Of a stretch of 64,000 bases of DNA, positions 25,279 through 34,451 are shown one piece after another; positions within the stretch are counted from its first letter, which is position 1, and each line of letters starts with the position of its first letter. The DNA is from a virus. Taxonomy: Duplodnaviria; Heunggongvirae; Uroviricota; Caudoviricetes. The stretch covers positions 22,201 through 86,200 of IMG/VR virus record IMGVR_UViG_3300037471_001733; one strand, 5' to 3'. The notes beneath the pieces are model-generated. The model had not been told where the DNA came from and searched no databases. It worked only from the letters and a program-made list of their open reading frames with translations. Made by a program: the position numbers and the translations under genes.

Positions 25279-25749
25279 TCACGGCTTTTTGGCGGATTGC
25301 ACGGCTTCTTGGTAGATGGACTCGTAGATGCCGCGCAGCCAGGTGGTCACGATGGTCTTGGCCAGGAGCAGCACGTCACCAATGACGTTGCTGGCCATGC
25401 TGATGGGCCACACGATCATCCAGTGCACGATACGGCCAGCTTGGCGCGCGGGAGACAGGTGGGCGTAGCTTTCCCGTCCGGGGTTGTTGTCCACAGCATC
25501 GCGCACGAAGCGGCGGTAGCGCCAGATGCTCCAAACCACGCCGATCAGCACATAGCCTATGGCCCCGTAGAGCACGTGTTGCGGCGGCACCTGGAAGAAC
25601 AGATAGGCCACGAAGCCGGCGATCACCGCGAAGAAAAGCGCAAAGCCGGTGGACTCCATGGCCTCGCAGAAGATGGCCACGAGGACCAGCGCAGAGAGGG
25701 CGATCCAGTTGAGCAGGTAGCCTGTGACCAGGCCCATCACAAATTCCAT
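25279..25749 (-). CDS. Integral membrane protein (about four TM helices)
   Basis: 156 aa with four hydrophobic stretches. Confidence 0.5.
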   Translation of the reverse strand: MEFVMGLVTGYLLNWIALSALVLVAIFCEAMESTGFALFFAVIAGFVAYLFFQVPPQHVLYGAIGYVLIGVVWSIWRYRRFVRDAVDNNPGRESYAHLSPARQAGRIVHWMIVWPISMASNVIGDVLLLAKTIVTTWLRGIYESIYQEAVQSAKKP

Positions 25750-26070
25750 GTCGATTCCTTCCAGAGTTTTCGATCAGGGCATGGCCCTGCTGATATTCGG
25801 CACGATCAGGCGTATTCGCTTCCGATTTGGCCCGGAGCGTCCGAGGCTGAACATTGATTTTTGTGATTGCTAGCCGAGGGACATCTAGCGAACCCGCAGT
25901 GTCCGCAAAGGTTCCTGCGCAGCACCGTGATGCCAGGCGGCAGCCACGAGATCGGTCCCGGGCCGGCAAGCCTAGCTTTGAGCCGCCGCGCCTCGTCGAC
26001 ATCGCATTGGCGGCACCAGCACGCCCCGAACTGCTTGCGCATGGGGCTGCCTCGGCCTGAATTCGGGCGC

Positions 26071-26421
26071 TTACCGCGGGGCATCAGCCCTCCCTGCATC
26101 GAGGCGCAGCAGGTGATGGGCGCCGCGCGGCTCGCTTGATCTGGGCACGTCGTCTTGCCGCTGGAGATGGCGCACGATGCGCTCGGCCCAGGGCTCCATC
26201 AGGATGACGACCGTGCCGTAGAGCGTCTCGCGCAGCGGCTCCCGCGTCTTGAGGTCGACAACAAATCTGCCGGCGCTGTCAGCGACATAGCGCACCAACT
26301 CACGCCGCTCCTCGTCGGCCGTCAACACGTAGCTGCGTTCTATGCCGTCAAGCAGCACCCTCACCTTTCCTGGGCAGCCGCCGATGTATGCAGGGTCCGT
26401 GGGGTCTAGGCTCAGTCGCAC
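26071..26421 (-). CDS. Hypothetical protein
   Basis: 116-aa ORF; C-terminal end GC-junk-like. Confidence 0.35.
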   Translation of the reverse strand: MRLSLDPTDPAYIGGCPGKVRVLLDGIERSYVLTADEERRELVRYVADSAGRFVVDLKTREPLRETLYGTVVILMEPWAERIVRHLQRQDDVPRSSEPRGAHHLLRLDAGRADAPR

Positions 26422-27008
26422 GCGTCACCCTCTCCGTCGCTGTCCAGATTGCGCTGCCACTTGGCCAGCCGTGCTTCGAGCTCCAGCGTTCCGGACAGGT
26501 TGCTCCAGCCTGGGTGTGACAGCTCCAACTCGGGCCCGCCCTCACCCACTAGGCGCCAGCCTCCCTCGTGAACGCCTCCTCGCTCCCAAAGTGCCACGCT
26601 GGTTATGTCGTCTCCGCCTGCGCCGTCGATGCCGACCTTGTACGGGTACGGCTCGCCCAGGTGATGCCGCTGAAACGCCTTCATGTGGCCCACCTCGCCG
26701 GGCGCACCGGTGATAGCGGCGATGTAGGCATCCACCAGCTCCTGCACTCGCAGCGGTTCGCCCACCTTCAGCGTGCCTGCTGGGACCGTGCCCAGCACCA
26801 TCGTGCATGGCCCATCGGGCACCGGCACCCACTTCTTGACCACCTCCACAGGCTCGCCGTTGACCCGTACCGAGAAGATGGTCCGCTTGGCCGGCGCGCG
26901 TTCGGGTTCTGACTCAGGCGCCAGCATCGGCGCCGGGGGCAGCGGGTGGCGCAGCACGGTGGCCCTGAGGGTGTGCTGCCACAGCAGGCGCTTGATGGTC
27001 TTGCTCAT
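26412..27008 (-). CDS. Hypothetical protein
   Basis: 198 aa; 4-bp overlaps chain the six ORFs from 28414 down to 26412. Confidence 0.45.
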   Translation of the reverse strand: MSKTIKRLLWQHTLRATVLRHPLPPAPMLAPESEPERAPAKRTIFSVRVNGEPVEVVKKWVPVPDGPCTMVLGTVPAGTLKVGEPLRVQELVDAYIAAITGAPGEVGHMKAFQRHHLGEPYPYKVGIDGAGGDDITSVALWERGGVHEGGWRLVGEGGPELELSHPGWSNLSGTLELEARLAKWQRNLDSDGEGDACD

Positions 27009-27271
27009 GCTGCGACACCTTTCTGGACAAAAGGCTTCTGAGCCTGGACTTCCTCCACGTAGAAGCGTCTGAATTCCGTCTCATCCGGGGAGAGATAGCG
27101 GACTCGGACCGTCGCCGCAGCGTCTTGCTTGGCGATGTTCTCCCGATAGCGGTCCCACTCTTTGGCGATGGCAATGTTTTCGAGGAACTGCTTGTCAAAG
27201 CTCCAACTGAGCACATCAAAGGTGCCCCAGTTCTCGCCCACCTCGCACAACAGGTAAATCGTTTCCATCAC
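27005..27271 (-). CDS. Hypothetical protein
   Basis: 88 aa; ATGA overlap. Confidence 0.45.
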   Translation of the reverse strand: MMETIYLLCEVGENWGTFDVLSWSFDKQFLENIAIAKEWDRYRENIAKQDAAATVRVRYLSPDETEFRRFYVEEVQAQKPFVQKGVAA

Positions 27272-27564
27272 CAGTTTCCTTCCTCGCTGCCTCGCGCGTC
27301 CGCCTGGATCACCTGCAGCGACTCCCTATTGCTGAGAATCAGTGTGCGGATACCCGGCGGCAGGTGCTCTGCGAGCCACTTCTTTGCGCCGTTGTGCATG
27401 TCGGCGGACAGGGTGGGCGTGTTGATGCGCAGCACAAGCACGTCACCAGGCTTCAGCGTGAGCTTTGCTGCCTCGGTGATGAGTGGGAACGTCGGCTCTG
27501 GCTCGATACGGCGCCGCTCCCACAAAACTTCCGGGTTCTGGTTCAGGGTGGCCGGCATGGTCAA
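27268..27564 (-). CDS. Hypothetical protein
   Basis: 98 aa; ATGA overlap. Confidence 0.45.
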   Translation of the reverse strand: MTMPATLNQNPEVLWERRRIEPEPTFPLITEAAKLTLKPGDVLVLRINTPTLSADMHNGAKKWLAEHLPPGIRTLILSNRESLQVIQADARGSEEGNW

Positions 27565-28172
27565 GCCTCCACAGGACGGCGCTGCAGGCTTGGCAAAGCC
27601 AGCGCGCCACGGTTGCGCTTGATGATCCAGTACGTCAGCAGCACACCACCCAGCACGGACGCCAGTACCAGGCCGATGGCCAGCAAAGCAAGCGCCGCCT
27701 TCGGGTCGTCAATATCGAGGTCCAAGTCCTTGAACAAGCTGCCGGCGCCATCGAGCGCGCCGCCCATGTTCTGGAATGCGTCGTATGTGTTCTTGAGGTT
27801 GGCGAACGTGTTCCAAGACGTGATGGCGAGATTGGTCAAGGACCGCTCGCGCCACAACTCAATCCACGAATGGATCATGATCACCCAACCGCTCATGAGC
27901 GCCGGGATGATGACGAGGACGTACCAAAGCCCCGACATCTGCTTTGCGTACTCCTTGGGCAGACAGCCGGCGGCTATTGCTATGCCGGACAGCATCAGCA
28001 TGAGTACGGCCGAGAAGCCCACTGCAGACTGCACTGCGCCGCTCCAGACAACGAGGCGCATCCAGCCGCCGAGGGCTTTTACCTCATCCCAGACTTTGCC
28101 GCAGACGCGAGCGTTCCAGTACGAGATGCCTATGGTCAGCAGGATCAGGCCGACAAGAAGAAGTGTGTTCAA
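27561..28172 (-). CDS. Integral membrane protein (about five TM helices)
   Basis: 203 aa; multiple hydrophobic helices. Confidence 0.5.
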   Translation of the reverse strand: MNTLLLVGLILLTIGISYWNARVCGKVWDEVKALGGWMRLVVWSGAVQSAVGFSAVLMLMLSGIAIAAGCLPKEYAKQMSGLWYVLVIIPALMSGWVIMIHSWIELWRERSLTNLAITSWNTFANLKNTYDAFQNMGGALDGAGSLFKDLDLDIDDPKAALALLAIGLVLASVLGGVLLTYWIIKRNRGALALPSLQRRPVEA

Positions 28173-28414
28173 GCAAAGACTCCGAAAGTGAGACGAGACA
28201 GAAGGGACGCTTTGGGGCGGGCCGGCGGCGTCACCGCTTCCTTGATGAGCCGCGCAATCTCTTCAGGTGACTCGCGCACATGCACATACTTGCCATGCGT
28301 CAGGTAGACGGCGGTCAATGTGCTAGAGCTGCGATGGACGTGCGTTATGTGCTCGGCGATGAGCCATTCATCTAGGCCGCAGTCACTGGTGAACTTTATG
28401 GGGTGCATGTTCAA
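28169..28414 (-). CDS. Hypothetical protein
   Basis: 81 aa; first gene of the overlap-coupled six-gene set. Confidence 0.4.
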   Translation of the reverse strand: MNMHPIKFTSDCGLDEWLIAEHITHVHRSSSTLTAVYLTHGKYVHVRESPEEIARLIKEAVTPPARPKASLLSRLTFGVFA

Positions 28415-28461
28415 ACTCCTATTTGAGAAGGTCTACTCGGCCGGTGAGCACAAATTGCGCT

Positions 28462-28791
28462 TCATCCATACAGCTTCCTGATGGTTTCGTTGAGCACCGA
28501 CAGTTCGGTGGCCTTGTAGACGGCCCACATGCGCTTCTCCCCATGCCAGCCATTCCGACTACCTTGATGGCAGTCTTTGCACAGCGGCAGAACCAAAAAA
28601 TGTCGGCCTTGCTCGATGTGATGGGCGTCACTTGGGCCGGGATGACCGCACACGCCGCAGGACAACTCCTTCACGCGCGCGATGTGATCAGACTCAGAAG
28701 CCGTGATCGCCTTGGCGTTCTTGGTCCTCACCTCTGCTTTTCCTTCCACGCCATAAAGGGCTGCCGAAAGCGCTTGTTGAAGCACTCCCAA
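28462..28791 (-). CDS. Cys/His-rich protein, possible HNH-like (DUF968-like)
   Basis: 109 aa; SCGVCGHPGPSDAHHIEQGRH...PLCKDCH. Confidence 0.4.
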   Translation of the reverse strand: MGVLQQALSAALYGVEGKAEVRTKNAKAITASESDHIARVKELSCGVCGHPGPSDAHHIEQGRHFLVLPLCKDCHQGSRNGWHGEKRMWAVYKATELSVLNETIRKLYG

Positions 28792-29366
28792 GCGGTGGAG
28801 TCGACGTCAAGGTGCGATCTAGATTCGACCCCGCAGATTTCACGCACCACCATGGCGGACAGTTCCGCCCGACTCTTGGAACCCGGTCCGGATTGGTCTA
28901 ACGCCCAGAGCCAAACGGTCTCCGTGGTTGGCTCGCGTTGGAGCCACTGCTGGAACTGCTCGTCGTTGCACCACTGCGCCGCGAGCGCTGCCTTGCTGCC
29001 GCCGCGGGCCTCCATGCGCTGCTTGGCTTCGCGCTCGCGCATCGGCATGGTCTTGAGCGCAGCCAAGGCCAGTGCTGCGCCAGGTGTGCCGAACTGCTTG
29101 AAAGCCGCTCGGGCGAAGCGCGGGTCGATGTCGACACTGAGCCTCAACGCGCCTTTGGCCATGGTCTGCACCGGGCCGCTTGCGCCTTCGATGGCCTCGG
29201 CTTCGTCCTTGCTGCGGAGTGCGATCAACGCCATGGGCGTGCCCCTACTGCCGAACAGATCGAAGGCCGCCTGTGCGAGCTCTGCCGCGATATTCACGGG
29301 CAGTCGCAGAGTTCCGTCGCCCATCGTGCGCCCTGCTCCGCTGGTGGCCTCGATGATCCCTTCTTC
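28728..29366 (-). CDS. Hypothetical protein with internal tandem duplication
   Basis: GTG start with RBS GGAGG, overlapping the stop of the upstream small gene (GTGA); duplicated segments LRLPVNIAAELAQAAFDLFGSRGTPMALIAL and LRLSVDIDPRFARAAFKQFGTPGAALALAAL. Confidence 0.4.
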   Translation of the reverse strand, partial: EEGIIEATSGAGRTMGDGTLRLPVNIAAELAQAAFDLFGSRGTPMALIALRSKDEAEAIEGASGPVQTMAKGALRLSVDIDPRFARAAFKQFGTPGAALALAALKTMPMREREAKQRMEARGGSKAALAAQWCNDEQFQQWLQREPTTETVWLWALDQSGPGSKSRAELSAMVVREICGVESRSHLDVDSTAWECFNKRFRQPFMAWKEKQR

Positions 29367-29368
29367 GC

Positions 29369-29551
29369 TCACAGCACCTCCCCGAATGCGCCAGCCAGCG
29401 CCCAGCCCAGGCCGGCGCCGGACGCCGCCGCAAAGTCGCGCGTCAGTTGGCTCCACGCGGACGGGTCCAACTGCCAAGCGGAGAACGCTGCCACGAGATA
29501 GCTGATGCCGGCGCCAATAGCGAACCCGGCTGTGGCCTTGATCGCGGTTTT
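29369..29551 (-). CDS. Small membrane protein (61 aa)
   Basis: MKTAIKATAGFAIGAGISYLVAAFSAWQL... Confidence 0.35.
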   Translation of the reverse strand, partial: KTAIKATAGFAIGAGISYLVAAFSAWQLDPSAWSQLTRDFAAASGAGLGWALAGAFGEVL

Positions 29552-29796
29552 CATGCGGCACCCCTCGTCGCGCAGCTGCGCCCGGCATAGACCTGCTCCA
29601 GCGCGTCGTTGGGCTTGGCGTCGCGCCACTCGGTGCTCGTGCTGATCACGCGCGGCTCCCGGTCGGGCAGCAGCGAGACAAGGTCCATGCGCTCGCACAG
29701 CACTTCGACCTGGAGCACCACACGCCCGTACCAAGTGCGGCGCGGGCGGACGCGGCCGGTCAGCGAGCGGTGGTATATGGGAGGCAGCGCGGCCAT
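29551..29796 (-). CDS. Hypothetical protein
   Basis: 81-aa ORF. Confidence 0.3.
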   Translation of the reverse strand: MAALPPIYHRSLTGRVRPRRTWYGRVVLQVEVLCERMDLVSLLPDREPRVISTSTEWRDAKPNDALEQVYAGRSCATRGAA

Positions 29797-29798
29797 GG

Positions 29799-30161
29799 TC
29801 AGGCGCCCTCCTGCACGCCGTAGAAGGCTGCCAAGATCAGTCGATGGATGTAGGCGTCTGCTACCCCGATATCGACCTCCTCAACGCCACCATCCGCGTA
29901 CAACGTCCCGGGGATGAAGCCGGCCGCGATCAGTGGCTGGTAGAGGTCGTAGCACCAGTCGCTGTTGCCGAACGGGCGCTTGCCGCTGAACCCATCCTGC
30001 TCGTCCCACAGCGTCTGCAGCAACTTGCACAGGTAGTCGCGCACGCGCAAGTTTGCGCCCGCGTCAGAGTCGAAGCGCAGATCCAGCGCGGCCAACAGCC
30101 CCTTGTCGGCCTGCTGCTCCGGCATTGGCACGTACTGCACACCGTCGATCACAACCGTCAT
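29799..30161 (-). CDS. Hypothetical protein
   Basis: 120-aa ORF. Confidence 0.4.
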   Translation of the reverse strand: MTVVIDGVQYVPMPEQQADKGLLAALDLRFDSDAGANLRVRDYLCKLLQTLWDEQDGFSGKRPFGNSDWCYDLYQPLIAAGFIPGTLYADGGVEEVDIGVADAYIHRLILAAFYGVQEGA

Positions 30162-30361
30162 ACCTCCTCCACCTCATGCAGGAAAGACAGCGAATGGACA
30201 GCCACGTCCGCCACCCCGTACTGCTTCGCAATCTGCTGCTTCAGGTCGTCGAAGTGCTGCTGCGAGTCGATGCGCAGCCGGGCGACGAAGATGCCGTCCA
30301 GATCTATCGTGCGGCTGCGGCCCATGTCGGCCACGGCGTGGTAGTGATACGCATACGCCAT
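30158..30361 (-). CDS. Hypothetical protein
   Basis: 67 aa from the internal ATG with RBS AAGGGAG; TGATG overlap with the upstream gene. Confidence 0.35.
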   Translation of the reverse strand: MAYAYHYHAVADMGRSRTIDLDGIFVARLRIDSQQHFDDLKQQIAKQYGVADVAVHSLSFLHEVEEV

Positions 30362-30579
30362 CACTCGGCTCCCTTGTCGGCCTGCTTCGACTTGTCCAAG
30401 TAATCGGCCCACTGGATGAGTTGCAGGCCCAAGAATCTGGCGCATTCCGTGGTCATGAACACAGCGCTTTGGGATGTGCCGCCAGTACTCAGCAGCACCT
30501 TCTCGTCCTTGCCCTCGCAGACGCCAATGCCGACAGAGACGGCTCCCTTGTTTTGCGGCGGGTGGAAACCGTGGCTCAT
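30361..30579 (-). CDS. Hypothetical protein
   Basis: 72-aa ORF. Confidence 0.35.
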   Translation of the reverse strand: MSHGFHPPQNKGAVSVGIGVCEGKDEKVLLSTGGTSQSAVFMTTECARFLGLQLIQWADYLDKSKQADKGAE

Positions 30580-30761
30580 TCGTTAGCTCCTTTGTTGGCC
30601 TTCTGCGCCTCGTACTCCGCCCGCGTCACCGGCTCGGGCAGCCGCTTGCACACAGGCGCACCGCGCACGCGCTCGTGGGTGAGCTCGACGCCGTAGCGGA
30701 TGACCAGCTTGCCGCCGCAGTGACGGCAGACCTGGCCGTTGTTGTCGGGGCCGCTGCTCAC
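30576..30761 (-). CDS. Zinc-ribbon protein
   Basis: 61 aa; CRHCGG...C. Confidence 0.4.
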   Translation of the reverse strand: MSSGPDNNGQVCRHCGGKLVIRYGVELTHERVRGAPVCKRLPEPVTRAEYEAQKANKGANE

Positions 30762-31447
30762 TGGTTGGGCCCTTTGATGCTTGCCGGTAGGCTGTAGAGC
30801 TGCAGTTCCTGCGCGTTCTCAACCATGAGATCCAGTGCGGCCGACTGCGCTGGCGTCGGGCCGGGCGCCTCACCGTTGAGGATTTGGTCGATGGCCTCGC
30901 CGTAGTACGAGCCCTTGTATGGCTGGTTATCGCGCTGGCGCTGCGGGTTGCGCCGCGGCGGCACTTGGCCGCTGCGCCTTTGAGACAGCGCCTCGCGCAA
31001 CTGCGTCGGCGTCATCATGCTGGCGCTGAGCACAGGTTTGTCGCCGCACCGGCTGCCGTCGCACTCCCCGCAGCACTCGCCATTTGCATCGGCCGCCTCC
31101 TTGGCCCTCCGCTCCTGCAGCGCCTTGAACGCAGCCTCGCCCGCAATGACATATGGCGTGAACACTCCGTACCCATGACGCTCTTCGGCTGGCGGCACCT
31201 GCGCGGTATGCAGCGGTCGCTGCACTGGGTTGGACGATGCCGGCCACTGGCGAGGCGGGACCATGCCTTGCGGCCTTGGGATCGGATGCGGCGGCACATG
31301 GCCGCGGTAGTCCATCAAGGCCATTGAGTCCTGCAGATCGAGCCACGCGCGAAGCGCCAGGACGATGGCCGCGAAGGCCAGAGCAACCACCGCGACAAGG
31401 ATGTACGGCGCGGCCGGCGATGTAGCGAAGTCGATGAACCAGCCCAT
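30758..31447 (-). CDS. N-terminally membrane-anchored Pro-rich protein with Cys cluster
   Basis: 229 aa; TM segment ILVAVVALAFAAIVLAL; GECCGECDGSRCGD. Confidence 0.45.
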   Translation of the reverse strand: MGWFIDFATSPAAPYILVAVVALAFAAIVLALRAWLDLQDSMALMDYRGHVPPHPIPRPQGMVPPRQWPASSNPVQRPLHTAQVPPAEERHGYGVFTPYVIAGEAAFKALQERRAKEAADANGECCGECDGSRCGDKPVLSASMMTPTQLREALSQRRSGQVPPRRNPQRQRDNQPYKGSYYGEAIDQILNGEAPGPTPAQSAALDLMVENAQELQLYSLPASIKGPNQ

Positions 31448-31456
31448 GGCGCACCC

Positions 31457-32305
31457 TTACCTGACGGACACCAGAGGCTGCGCGCCGTACGGGACCATGA
31501 TCGTGGTGTTGCCGTCCTTCGCGGCAATCGCGCGCTGGGCCTCGATCTCACGCATCTTCAGCACCTGCGGCGTGATGCTGGCAGCAAGGATCTCGTTGGC
31601 TTTGGCAGTGGCCTGCGCGCGCAATACATCAGCCTTGGCGATGCGCTCCACTACCTCCATCTGCCGTGCCGTCTCAGCCTTCTCCAGCGCCAGTTCCTTC
31701 TGCTTGGCCTCGATTTCCTTGTCCTTGGCTGCGGCGTTGCGGATGGCCTGCTCAATGGCAGGGTCCGTCACCATGTTGCGCACGTTGATGTTGGTGATGA
31801 CGAAGGCCTCCTTGTCGGTGTCGTCCAGCGCCTTTTGCAGTGCCTTCTGGATCGCTTGGCCGACCTCGTTGCGCTTGGTGTGCATCGTGGTGGCATCGAA
31901 GTCCGCAAACGCCTTGTAGATGGCTTCGCGCCCCTCGCGGCTCACGCGGTTGAATCCGACGACCGAATCTCCGTTGTCAAGCTTGCGGACATCGCCCTGG
32001 TACTTGATGAACAGGGCCGCGACCTTGGCCGGGTTGACGCGGAAGTAGATGTCGAGGTCCACGTCCTGCATGGAGAGGTTGTCCTTCGACTTCGGCGCCA
32101 TGTTGTCGAACGACACGGCGATTTCCTTGGTCGTGAACTCGTCCACCGTCTTGAACATCGTGAAGTACACGCCCTGAGGAAGTGTCTCGGGGCTGACCTT
32201 GCCGATGGTCCGCTCGACGCCCACGTTGCCGGTGTCGATCTGCGTGCAGGCGCCCAGCAGCATGACGATGCCCATCAGGGCCAGGGAGAACAGTCGCTTG
32301 ATCAC
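31457..32305 (-). CDS. SPFH/band-7 (prohibitin/HflKC-like) lipoprotein
   Basis: GTG start giving signal peptide VIKRLFSLALMGIVMLLGAC (lipobox); band-7 core, then a coiled-coil EAKQKELALEKAETARQMEV. Confidence 0.7.
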   Translation of the reverse strand: MIKRLFSLALMGIVMLLGACTQIDTGNVGVERTIGKVSPETLPQGVYFTMFKTVDEFTTKEIAVSFDNMAPKSKDNLSMQDVDLDIYFRVNPAKVAALFIKYQGDVRKLDNGDSVVGFNRVSREGREAIYKAFADFDATTMHTKRNEVGQAIQKALQKALDDTDKEAFVITNINVRNMVTDPAIEQAIRNAAAKDKEIEAKQKELALEKAETARQMEVVERIAKADVLRAQATAKANEILAASITPQVLKMREIEAQRAIAAKDGNTTIMVPYGAQPLVSVR

Positions 32306-32316
32306 AGGTTCTTCTT

Positions 32317-32508
32317 TCAAAGCAGGTTGGTGGACGGGAGGTAATAGGCCGACGCAACGAGCGCCAGCAGGACGAGCACGAGCGCGCCGAGACGCAGACC
32401 GTGCCGGGTGACAAGGCGCGCGGCTTGGCTGCGCTCCTTGTGGTCGAAGAACTGCCAGGCGCCGTAGCCGAGCACCAGCAGCACGATGAGCAGGAGCAGG
32501 TGTTTCAC
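32317..32508 (-). CDS. Small two-TM membrane protein next to the SPFH gene
   Basis: 63 aa; MKHLLLLIVLLVLGYGAWQFF...LGALVLVLLALVASAYY. Confidence 0.45.
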   Translation of the reverse strand: MKHLLLLIVLLVLGYGAWQFFDHKERSQAARLVTRHGLRLGALVLVLLALVASAYYLPSTNLL

Positions 32509-32696
32509 TGGACCATCTCCGGTGCAAGGTGAAGGTTTGCGGTCAGTGCGGGCCGCATCTCGACCTCGTGTTCTGACTCAGTGGCGCATGCAGTGGCGCC
32601 GCCCACCGCGCGCAGCACGAGGCACGCGCCGACAGCGCCGCTGGCCACGCCGACAAGGGCGAACAGGCTGACAGCGAACAAGACGGGATGCTTCAT
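32505..32696 (-). CDS. Small secreted or lipoprotein-like ORF (weak)
   Basis: Internal start MKHPVLFAVSLFALVGVASGAVGAC. Confidence 0.3.
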   Translation of the reverse strand: MKHPVLFAVSLFALVGVASGAVGACLVLRAVGGATACATESEHEVEMRPALTANLHLAPEMVQ

Positions 32697-32931
32697 TGCT
32701 GCACCTGCACAAAGACCGAACAAACGGCCCGCAGTTGGTCCGAAACCACCCCCGCCGGATCTAGCTTTTCCTCCTGCCCAGCCGGCTGTTCCTTGGCTTG
32801 GACCCCCTTGCAAAACCTGTCACGCGCAGGCCGGCGGTCCAGTTGAATGAGGTCGCGGGGAAGGACGTAGAAGGGAGGGACGATTGGGAACTTCAACATC
32901 GGGGGGCCTCTTGGGAACGAATCGGACGCAG

Positions 32932-33255
32932 TTACTTCAGTTTCGAAGCGCCGGACAGATGCCGGAACTTGGCCGCGATCAGCAGGCACTGCTGCTCAAC
33001 CCAGCCCATGAATCGCCACATGCGCGACGGCGCGAAAAGCTTTGCCTCTGGACCGCAAGGTCCGTCGGATGCACGCATCTCGCCCACCCGCATGGCCCAC
33101 GCATTGCCCTGCTGGTACTTGCTGCGCGACTTCAGATGGAAAGTGCCTGTGTACTGGTCCATGACATGGTCAAAGCCGTCCCAGTGCTCCTGGCAGTACG
33201 CGGCGCCATTGCGGCGACTGATGTGCAGGTGCTTGCAGCCGGTGCAGGGCTTCAT
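32932..33255 (-). CDS. Cys-rich hypothetical protein
   Basis: 107 aa; CTGCKHLH...C. Confidence 0.4.
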   Translation of the reverse strand: MKPCTGCKHLHISRRNGAAYCQEHWDGFDHVMDQYTGTFHLKSRSKYQQGNAWAMRVGEMRASDGPCGPEAKLFAPSRMWRFMGWVEQQCLLIAAKFRHLSGASKLK

Positions 33256-33728
33256 CAGACGTCCTCCTCAATCCAGCCGCCACCATCCTTCTTGGGGCGC
33301 GGGAAGATCACCTTGAACACAAGCGGATAGGCGTCAGCCGCAACACGCATCTTCACTTTCGCGTCGTCCTGATAGACAGCCTTGGCGCCCTTCACGTCGC
33401 GGAGCTCAAGCCTCCCATCGGCAGCCAACACCGCGAAGTCGGGCGTGAGGAATGTGTTGTCCGCGAGACGCAGCTTCACACCCTCAAAGCGGAACCACAG
33501 CACGCGGCCGGCGACGCGCTCAGCCTCAAGGTACTTGGCGTACTTGGCCTCAAGCGGGTTCATCTCGCCGGTCTTGAGCCTGCCAAGCGCGTACAGCCCG
33601 GCCTTTGTGCTGGCCGGCTTGGCTGGCGCTGGCGGCGCCTTAGCGGCCGGCGTCGACACGGGCTTGCCCTGCTTGGCCTTGTGCTCAGCCAACTGCTCCT
33701 CTGACCAGCGAAGCATCGTGCCCATCAC
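33255..33728 (-). CDS. Hypothetical protein
   Basis: 157 aa. Confidence 0.45.
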   Translation of the reverse strand: MMGTMLRWSEEQLAEHKAKQGKPVSTPAAKAPPAPAKPASTKAGLYALGRLKTGEMNPLEAKYAKYLEAERVAGRVLWFRFEGVKLRLADNTFLTPDFAVLAADGRLELRDVKGAKAVYQDDAKVKMRVAADAYPLVFKVIFPRPKKDGGGWIEEDV

Positions 33729-33955
33729 GCACCGCCTTTCGGATCAGCGGCGAGACCACGCCAAGGGGCGTTCTGCCAGCCGCTGAGGGCCCGGCGGAAC
33801 TCGACGGCCTCGGCTTTGTCGGGCCCGGAGAAATTCCATTGGCGGCCGTCCCACCATCCCCAATACAAATCGCCCTCGATGTCGCGCTGGTACAGGCCAG
33901 GGCGCACCGGCTGGACGTCTGCCGAATACCACGGCGTGAGCTTCTGATTACTCAA
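33725..33955 (-). CDS. Hypothetical Trp-rich protein
   Basis: 76 aa. Confidence 0.4.
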   Translation of the reverse strand: MSNQKLTPWYSADVQPVRPGLYQRDIEGDLYWGWWDGRQWNFSGPDKAEAVEFRRALSGWQNAPWRGLAADPKGGA

Positions 33956-34149
33956 TCGCCCTCTCCTTCGCTTTCGTCGTCCGGTTCAAAACCAAGCGGC
34001 ATCACGCCCGCCTCAAGGCACATCACGACATCGCATTCGTCGCACCTGGCCGTGCCGTCAAACTCGTCGTTCGTATGCATCTCGATCAGCGTCAGAGGGC
34101 GACCGCATGACTTGCAGTTCGGCTCCATGTGCAGGGCTTCGGCGGTCAT
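33952..34149 (-). CDS. Zinc-ribbon protein
   Basis: 65 aa; CKSCGRP...CDECD. Confidence 0.4.
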   Translation of the reverse strand: MTAEALHMEPNCKSCGRPLTLIEMHTNDEFDGTARCDECDVVMCLEAGVMPLGFEPDDESEGEGD

Positions 34150-34451
34150 GCGTGACCGCCTTCCTTGTCGAGTTCCACGACCGCCGCGGCCACGTCATAG
34201 GCCCCGCCGTCCTGGTTCATTGCGCGCCGGCCGGTGGCCACATCAATCAGCGTCCAACCGCGCATGGTCGATGTGACCCGCAGCAGGCGCCCGTCGCGCA
34301 GCTTCACGCGCACGCCGTCTGCGATGTGGCCGCGCATCGGGTGGAATGCCGCGGACTCCACAAAGTCGCTCATGCCGGCGCCCTCCATTGCACCCAGGCA
34401 CCCCGGGCGTAGACCACCGAGTACGCCGTGGCCAACGGGATCAGGCCCCAT
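34146..34451 (-). CDS. Hypothetical protein (start probably internal, at MSDFVESAAF)
   Basis: 101-aa ORF. Confidence 0.35.
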   Translation of the reverse strand: MGPDPVGHGVLGGLRPGCLGAMEGAGMSDFVESAAFHPMRGHIADGVRVKLRDGRLLRVTSTMRGWTLIDVATGRRAMNQDGGAYDVAAAVVELDKEGGHA

